Below, one piece after another: positions 54,014 to 64,000 of a DNA stretch of 64,000 nucleotides (position 1 is its first letter; every line of letters begins with the position of its first letter). The notes under the pieces were generated by a model. The model had not been told where the DNA came from and did not search any database. It saw only the letters and a program-made list of their open reading frames with translations. This DNA comes from the human T2T-CHM13v2.0 reference genome, Homo sapiens: NCBI RefSeq assembly GCF_009914755.1, contig NC_060934.1, one strand, 5' to 3'. A program made the position numbers and the translations under genes.

Positions 54014-54566
54014 CCTTTTCATGCATTTTATCTTGTCACATTGATACTAATGTTGTGATTCTGATTTTTTTTCGTAGGCTGCTTTTGCTTGGTATCTCTT
54101 TGCCTATTCCTTTATTTTCAACTTTCCTTTTTCACTTTGTTTTTGGTACATCTTACATTAACCACATATAGCTAGATTATTTTTCAATGCAACTGACAAT
54201 CTCTTGAATAGGTGCATAAACCCATTCATATTTGTTGTAGTAACTGAAATACTTTTCTTCCTTTCATCATGTTTTACATTTATGCTTTATTTTGTGCAAC
54301 ATGGTTCTTTTCTCTTTATCTCATTCTTTCCTTTTTTTTTCTTGGTCAAATTCTAGAATACCTGCTTTTGAGTTTCTAACCACCTTAAAGTTTTAGTTCT
54401 CTAATAATACATAAAAATTAAATAGCTACATTTTCCCCAATAAGATATTTTACTTACTTTTTATTTTTCAAGGTAAGTAAAATTTTTAGAAAGTTTTGTG
54501 TTCCCTATTCTCTCCTCTTCTCCACTTAAGGTCCTGGGTTTCATTGATATCATTTAACTTCTTTAG

Positions 54567-54905
<339 letters not shown>

Positions 54906-54920
54906 TGTTCATTTGTTTTT

Positions 54921-55466
54921 AGGGAAACATTGTGTTTAATGGTAAAGCTTAGCACACCCCAGCACCAGGAATGGCATGGAGTCGCAGCAGCAGGGACAGG
55001 CAGGTGATCCCCACAGAGCCTCACATGGCGAAGAGGATGAGGAAGGTAACCATCAAACGGAACAGCCCCGTGGCCTCAGACAAGGCAAAGCCCAGAATGG
55101 CATAGGAGAAGAGCTGCTGCTTGAGAGGTGGGTTCCTGGCATAGCCAATGATCTAGCTGCCAAACACAGTTCCAATGTCAGCCCCTGAACCAGCCACACC
55201 AACTGTGGCTGCCCCAGCACCAATCAACTTGGCTGCTGTGTCAATGTCCCCAGAGACAACACTGGTCTGGAACTTCTGTCTGGCCCCTGGAGTAGGGAGT
55301 TGCTGTAGGAAGCTGTTTAGATGAATTCTCTGGGCTATTCAAGAAGGAGGCAGACACAGGCCCGATTAGACCCCTGGTACAACAGCAGATCAGAGCTGGA
55401 GAAATGAGTAGTGCCCTGGTGGTCTATATTTTTTCAGTCTCCCAGCTTTAGCCCTTGGTCTCAGCT
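54921..55466 (-). pseudogene. Processed pseudogene of ATP synthase F0 subunit c, ATP5MC1/ATP5G1 (probably the annotated ATP5MC1P7)
   Basis: Intronless subunit-c sequence ([22 protein letters not shown]...[21 protein letters not shown]...FLILFAM*); CDS remnant 55429 to 55021; ATG CAG mutated to ATA TAG; two apparent 1-nt deletions; ATTAAA at 54935-54940; TSD 54566-54580 / 55467-55481. Confidence 0.93.
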
Positions 55467-55483
55467 GTCTTGGAGTATTTTAA

Positions 55484-55759
<276 letters not shown>

Positions 55760-55769
55760 TAGATTTTTT

Positions 55770-56489
55770 TAAAAAAATAAATTTTATTGTGTATATTTAA
55801 GGTATACAAGGTGATATTATGGGATACATATAGATAATAAAAAGGTTACTATTATGGAGCAAGTTAATATATCCATCATCTCAGTTACCTTTTTTTTTGT
55901 TTTTATGGCAAGAACAGCTACATCTACTCATTTAGCATGAATCTCATTGACTGTACAATTTTATTACCTAGAGCTCTAAGTAATAAAATTAGATCTACAT
56001 TTTATTAGATCTACCTACATTTGATCTCTAGACTTCTTCATCCCTCAAGTCTAGTACTTTGTGTTCTCTACCTATGTCTTTCCATTTCTTTCTCCCTCAC
56101 TCCCAGCTCCTGGTAACCACTGTCTGGTTCTCTATCTTTGTATATTTCAGTTTTTAAAATGACTCCATATATAAGTGAGATCATGTAATATTTTTCTTTG
56201 TTTGGCTTATTTCACTTAGTGTAATATTCTCCAGGTTCATCCATGTTGCGGCTAATGGCAAGATCTTGTTCCTTTTTAGGGCTGAATATATGTGTATATA
56301 TGTATGTTGTATACATGTACCAGTTTCTTTCTTCATTCATCTGTGGACAGACACTTGGGTTGTTTCCATATCTTGGCTATGGTGAATAATGACACAATGA
56401 ACATGGGAGTGCAGTTATCTTTATGAGGTGGTGATTTCACTTCCTTTGTGTATATGCCCAGAAGAGGGATTGCTGAGTCCTATGGTAGC
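55770..56489 (-). mobile_element. L1MA-type 3'-end fragment
   Basis: TATAAGTGAGATCATG...TATGCCCAGAAGAGGGATTGCTG. Confidence 0.75.
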
Positions 56490-56873
56490 TGTATTAGTCC
56501 ATTTTCACATTGCTATAAAGAACTTCCAGAGACTCAGTAATTTATAAAGAAAAGACGTTTAGCTGACCCACAGTTCCACAGGCTGTACAGGAAGCATGGC
56601 TGGGGAGGCCTCAGGAAACTTACAATCATGGCAGAAGGCAAAGGGAAAGCAAGCACGTCCTACATGTCTGGAGAAGGAGGAAGAGAATGAAGGGGAGGTA
56701 GTAGACACTTCTAAACAACCAGATCTCATGAGAACTCACTCAGTATCACGCGAACAGCAAGGGGAAAACCCTCCCCCCATGATCCAATCACCTTCCACCA
56801 GGCCCCTCCTCCAATGCTGGGGATTACAATTTGACATGAGATTTGGGGAGGGACACAAATCCAAACCATATCG
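56490..56873 (-). mobile_element. MaLR solo LTR (MSTA/MSTB-like)
   Basis: TGTATTAGTCC...CCAAACCATATCG termini; 5-bp TSD GTAGC (56485-56489 / 56874-56878). Confidence 0.9.
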
Positions 56874-56993
56874 GTAGCATTCATTTAGATTTAACTATAT
56901 CTATTGCTCACTACTGTTTTCTGTTTGTCTTCCCCCATCTTGAAATTTCTGCTCTGATTTAAATTGCCATTTGGGGCCAGACACAGTGGCTCA

Positions 56994-58783
<1,790 letters not shown>

Positions 58784-61737
58784 GCATTTTATATTTTTTA
58801 AAATGCGAAAATCTTATTGGAAGCTTATGTCCCATTGGCCAGAACTGTGTCATCCAGCAAGGGGAGCTGATAACGAGTACATTTTACTTTTCCAGTCTCC
58901 ATAGTGGAGTCAGAGAAGGGAATGGATGGAAATGGGGCTGAGTAGGCAGCCAACAGCAGCTGCTACATTTCTTCATCTTGGATTTCGCCTCCACGTCTCT
59001 TCTCTTTCCTTTCAGATTCCCACTTCTTTGTGTTTTTGCTCTATACTGCAAGATGTCTCTCTCCCAATATCTTCCAGACCACTGATTCAATTCCCAGCAT
59101 TTACTGTCTTCTAATGAATTGCTATATTTGAAAGTCATGTATGTTAGTTTGCAAGAATCTTTTTGAGTGTGCTGTGATCACATCTTGAGAGTTCCCATAC
59201 CCTTTTCCCTCCTTTTTCTTTGAGGTTCTTTTCTGCCTTTCCTACTAGTTCACCTGGGGCTTCCTCCTCCGTGTTACCGAGTCTTCTTAAACAGGTGCGA
59301 TTTTTCTTTACTTGCTCATGTTTTTTTCCTCTTGGTTCCCATAGGGACAAGGCTGTTGATATTTCTAGAGTAGGGCAAAACCAGTAAGTGCTGGAAGATC
59401 ATTTACTTTGTTTTCTCCTGGGCCCATGGCGAGGGAAGGGTCTGGCAAACTGTCACTTCTTCACTCTCTCCATCTCACTTGTCCTCAGAGTCTCACAGCC
59501 AGCTAGGATCCATCAGTCAGCAAGTGCCGTTTCCCCTGCTCCACAGACGTCAGGTGGGTAGGGCAGGCCCCCAAGGACCACGCACAGCCTGCAGCAGAAG
59601 CAGCCCTTCCCCGAGAAGAGTTCTGCTGGTGGGGTCATCTCCAGGCACCAGAAATTCCGTGCCAACTGATGCCTTCTCTCTGCTGGCCTTTCAGCTCTCG
59701 CTCAGGAGACAGAAGCCCCAAACCTGTTCTTGTCCTTGGAGAGGTAGGGGCTCTCCTGGTCTTCAGGTGCACCTCAGGGCTTCCTGATTATGTTACCCAA
59801 AGAGTGAGTGAACTGACAGGGTAAGGGAGGTGAGGAACACTGGCATTTAACGCTTCATCATGGGACTTTCAGGATCACTGGAGCCATATTTATAAAGGTT
59901 TGACTGTTGCTTAATGCCTCCATATTTGCTGTACAAACAGATGTTGTAAATCCAAGTGCATCTTTCCTGTTTCCCAAAACAGGCCTAGCAAGGCTTCTCT
60001 GGAGGCATTCTGTCAGTAGTTTGATTGAATTAGATGAGTGGGTTGTGAATAGAGTTCAGACAAAAGGATGGTATAGGAAATAAAAGAATGCATCACATGG
60101 TAAGGGCGAGTTTGTTTCAGGCTCAGTTGCGTGATTCATATGCACATTGTGCTATAGTATATCATACATTTCCAGGTAATGTTAAAAACATATGAGCAAT
60201 GCTAAGTTAGAGGACGTTCTGGGGGCAGTTGACGTGGTTTCCCGAGAGAGTGAAATTGGAGGGAGTTTAGATCCTTTACTAAAAGAAGTCTATGACCCCT
60301 CTAGCTCCAGCTGACTTTAATTACAAGGTACCCTCACAGCAGTTACACTGCACTATAACTAACCACTAAATAGTAGGTGAAACTGTGCACCCACAGTGAA
60401 TTTTTCAGCAGCCCCCAGCAGTGGTCTTTACCCAGCCCCCTTACTTCTATCCCCCAGGAATTCAAGGCTGACTTGGTTTCTCTGCAGTCGTTGTGAAATG
60501 CTCAGGGCCGTTTGCTCTGGCAGAGTGAGAAACTTTGGGCAAAAAATCTGAGACTGTCTCCTCCTGGGTAAACCTGGGAGAATCCTTCCTGTCTTTTTCT
60601 CCACACAGAGTGATTATGATGACCCATGAGAAAGAAAAACAACGGTTTAGTCGACACATGTTGTAACAGAAGATTATATTTTGTTAATGAAGCGCCATCT
60701 GTTTTTTTCTGAACAAGGCTGAGAGGGATTTGGGTGTGTAAGATAGAAAGTAGGTGCTGCCGCTGAGCTGAGCTCAGTAGACAGGAACGAGGAAGTTAAA
60801 ATGCCCTGAGGGAAAATATAGGAAGTAGGAGAAAGCCAGAAAGTCTGGGAGCAGAGAACTGACGCCTCCAGGAGACCCAACAAGATTGTCATCAAATGGT
60901 GACTGAATTTCAGGGGAAGCCTGGGGAAGGACAGAATTCTGCTGAATTCTGCAGAAGTCTTCAGCTGTCAGAAGTCTGAGGTGTGACTGCCAGAGAGTCA
61001 GCCCTCATGGCTGAGGGGACAGCTGGCTTCCATGTTTAATGAGCATCTACCTGTGTCCAGCACCCCTAGGCACCCAGACACTGGGGTGGCATCTGGAAGT
61101 AAGACGGTTCTTTCCACCCACAGTGCTGACAATCCAGCAAGGAAGGGGGCACTCTCCGAGTAAATCTGCACTTGGAAAGTGCTCTAATATATGAGGTGGA
61201 GGTGCTTTGTCAACTGCAAACTGTGAAATCCACCTTTAAGGGCTGCTGGCGTCCCATAGCAACCAGCACATGGCCAGACGCTGTGGTTCGTTTACTGCTG
61301 CTCATGAACCAGCAGATCCATGTGTGTTTTTGAATGTAAAAGCCTTCCAGCCCTTCTTTTGCCCACCTTCCTCTATAGCCACAGGCTCAAATCCAGACCC
61401 CATTTCAGTGTCCCCTAGTACTCTATCCTTGGTACCCTCAGACTGCCCTGGGAGCACAGCTAACTTCCCTGAGGCTCCCCTCCCCCAGCAGCACCCAACC
61501 TTTCCCAGAGCAGCTGCCCTGCCCTCCTGAATGACAGATGGAGCTGCTCGGGGCATGATGCCCGGGCACCGGGGCATCCAACCTCTTCCAGTGTGAGTCA
61601 GGCAGGCCTGGTCCAACATCCCATCAGCCAGTGCTCCCCAGCTGCTTCCCCGGAATGCCTGGCTGAACCCCAACAAGGCCAGCCCCTGCAGGCAGATGGC
61701 TCTGAGACTCTTCCTCTGTCAAAGCTCTGCAAGATGT

Positions 61738-62056
61738 CCCGGTGCAGTGGCTCATGCCTGTAATCTCAGCACTTTGGGAGTCCAAGGCAGGTGGATCACC
61801 TGAGGTCAGGAGTTTGAGACCAGCCTGGCCAACATGGCAAAACCCCGTCTCTACTAAAAATACAAAAGTTAGCCAGGTGTAGTGGTGGGTGCCTGTAATC
61901 CCAGCTACTTGGAAGGCTGAAGCAGGAGGATTGCTTGAGCCTGGGAGGCGGAGTTTGTGGTGAGGTGAGATTGCACCACTACTGCACTGCAGCCTGGGTG
62001 ACGGACAAGAGACTCTGTCCACATCCCCCCCCGCCCACAAAAAAAAAAAAAAAAAA
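61738..62056 (+). mobile_element. Alu (AluS)
   Basis: Alu consensus; CTGCAAGAT on both flanks. Confidence 0.9.
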
Positions 62057-62807
62057 GCCCTGCAAGATCAGCCTGGAGTCTCCTCATCTGGAAGGGCCCC
62101 TCTCCTGTGGAGATAAGAGGTGTGAATGGCATTTTCTCAGCCTGCCAGCCACCTGGCATTGGCTACTTACAAGAATCTCTCAACTGGAAAACGTGCAAAG
62201 GATAAAAACAGGAAATTTTCAGAACTGTATATCCTCAACCTCACTAATCATCATAGACATGAAAATTAAACAGGATATTTTTCACTTAGAAAACATTTTA
62301 TTGTGCAATACAGCCCATAAATAGAAGAGGACACAAACTTAAATATATAGCCGTGAGCAATACACCACCCTTTTAGCTTGAGTTTCTCTATCCACTCATG
62401 TGGATGTTGGACACAATTATGTCTAAAGATCCTCCCAGCTCTGGGACCTCTTGAATCATCACTACTGTCAGTCTTGGTTTACTGCTAATTCCCTCAATGA
62501 CCTGGGGAAATAGTCTAACCTGTTTTCTCATTTGTAATTGGGCATACAAACAGCTACACACCCTGCCTCACAGCACTGATTTAGGTGGGTCCAAAAAGAT
62601 TAAAAGCTTTTTTTTAGGTATAATAAACTATCAAGCAATCCAAAAAATTTTGACAGAGAAAGCCAGCCAGAAGACAGATACCTTACAACGGCGGATGCCA
62701 AGTACAGGGCCAGCCCTGCACTGTCAGGAAGGGAAGTGGCCCTGGGGGTCTCTGAGGCTTTCCCTCTGAGGGTGAGGGAAGATTTTGCCTCTACTCTCTG
62801 AGGGTTT

Positions 62808-62810
<3 letters not shown>

Positions 62811-62846
<36 letters not shown>
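62811..62846. repeat. (AC)n, ~18 units
   Basis: Read directly from sequence. Confidence 0.95.
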
Positions 62847-62848
<2 letters not shown>

Positions 62849-62933
62849 GAAAAATGAACAAGTCCCAAAAGATGCGCAGTTGCACCTGGGGTCCAGGCTG
62901 GGAAACTAGTCATATGGGAGAAGAATGACTGCA

Positions 62934-63298
<365 letters not shown>

Positions 63299-64000
63299 TG
63301 ACCTCATCCTTACAAATGGAGGTACAATATATTTTGGGAAATAGTTATTATTATATTGAACTTAATGTTGTGTGTGCTGCCCCACATACCCGCCCCACTG
63401 GGAGGGTACATCATATTACATCATGAAATGGCCCAGCACCCCTATGCTTAGTGACCCGCTAGCCTTCCCCAACTCATGCACCCAGCCATTACCCAGGGGC
63501 AGTGCACAATCAGAGCCTGTCGCCTCAAAAAGGCTCACTGGACACAGTAGAACTCTAGCAGGCTCTGCCAGCTCCTGATCGCATTCCCAGCCCTGGGACC
63601 CCAGCCTGGAGTGACCATCTCCTGTAGCATATAACCACTTGCCAGATTCAAGACCCTCTAGTTTGGTTCTGTCATCTGGCCTGGGCCATTGTCCCCAGGA
63701 CTCCCCAGATGTCCCCTTCTAAAGGCTGAAGATAGTTCCTCTGTGGGTTCCATAGGCTTCATACACCTGCTGGTATCACCTCTCTGCTCCCCCGACCACT
63801 GATGGGGATAAAGGCCCAGAAAGCCTGCTGAAGTCTCAGAACTTAAAGAACCTGACTTATGTCCCACTTCCACCCCCAAACACACAGACAGAACCTCAGG
63901 GTATGAAGAGCAGTTCCCACCACACTCAATACCTTTCTACATCACCTTCAATGACTGCACAGGGCTCACAGCATGGTTGTGCCAATCACCCAGTAATAGA

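Noticed and set aside
54976-55188. 70-aa + strand ORF
   Set aside because: Antisense frame of the ATP5MC1 pseudogene
59820-60420. Possible conserved element or hidden exon
   Set aside because: No ORF or splice support; may be an ancient L3/CR1 remnant and cannot be resolved by eye

Overview
Human (primate) genomic DNA, recognisable as the chr10q22.1 HK1–TACR2 locus. The + strand carries the 3' half of hexokinase-1 (coding exons 9-18, 1905-23178, plus 3' UTR). The - strand carries the complete five-exon tachykinin NK2 receptor gene TACR2 (CDS 38370 to 26869, 1197 nt = 398 aa + stop), tail-to-tail with HK1. About 25 kb of repeat-rich DNA lies upstream of TACR2 and contains a processed ATP synthase subunit c (ATP5MC1/ATP5G1) pseudogene. 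Best finding: the last ~17 residues, the stop codon and a candidate poly(A) signal of TACR2 come from an MST-type MaLR LTR inserted into the last coding exon. The displaced older C-terminus (VPIEP-stop, giving a 384-aa receptor) is still readable on the far side of the LTR. Other observations: a TSD-flanked 3'-UTR-like retro-insertion in HK1 intron 8, a GC-AG first intron in TACR2, two old local non-Alu duplications, and exon-like fragments at 41.9-48.6 kb that may be a decayed gene. Exon coordinates were worked out base by base. Repeat boundaries and subfamily names are by-eye estimates.
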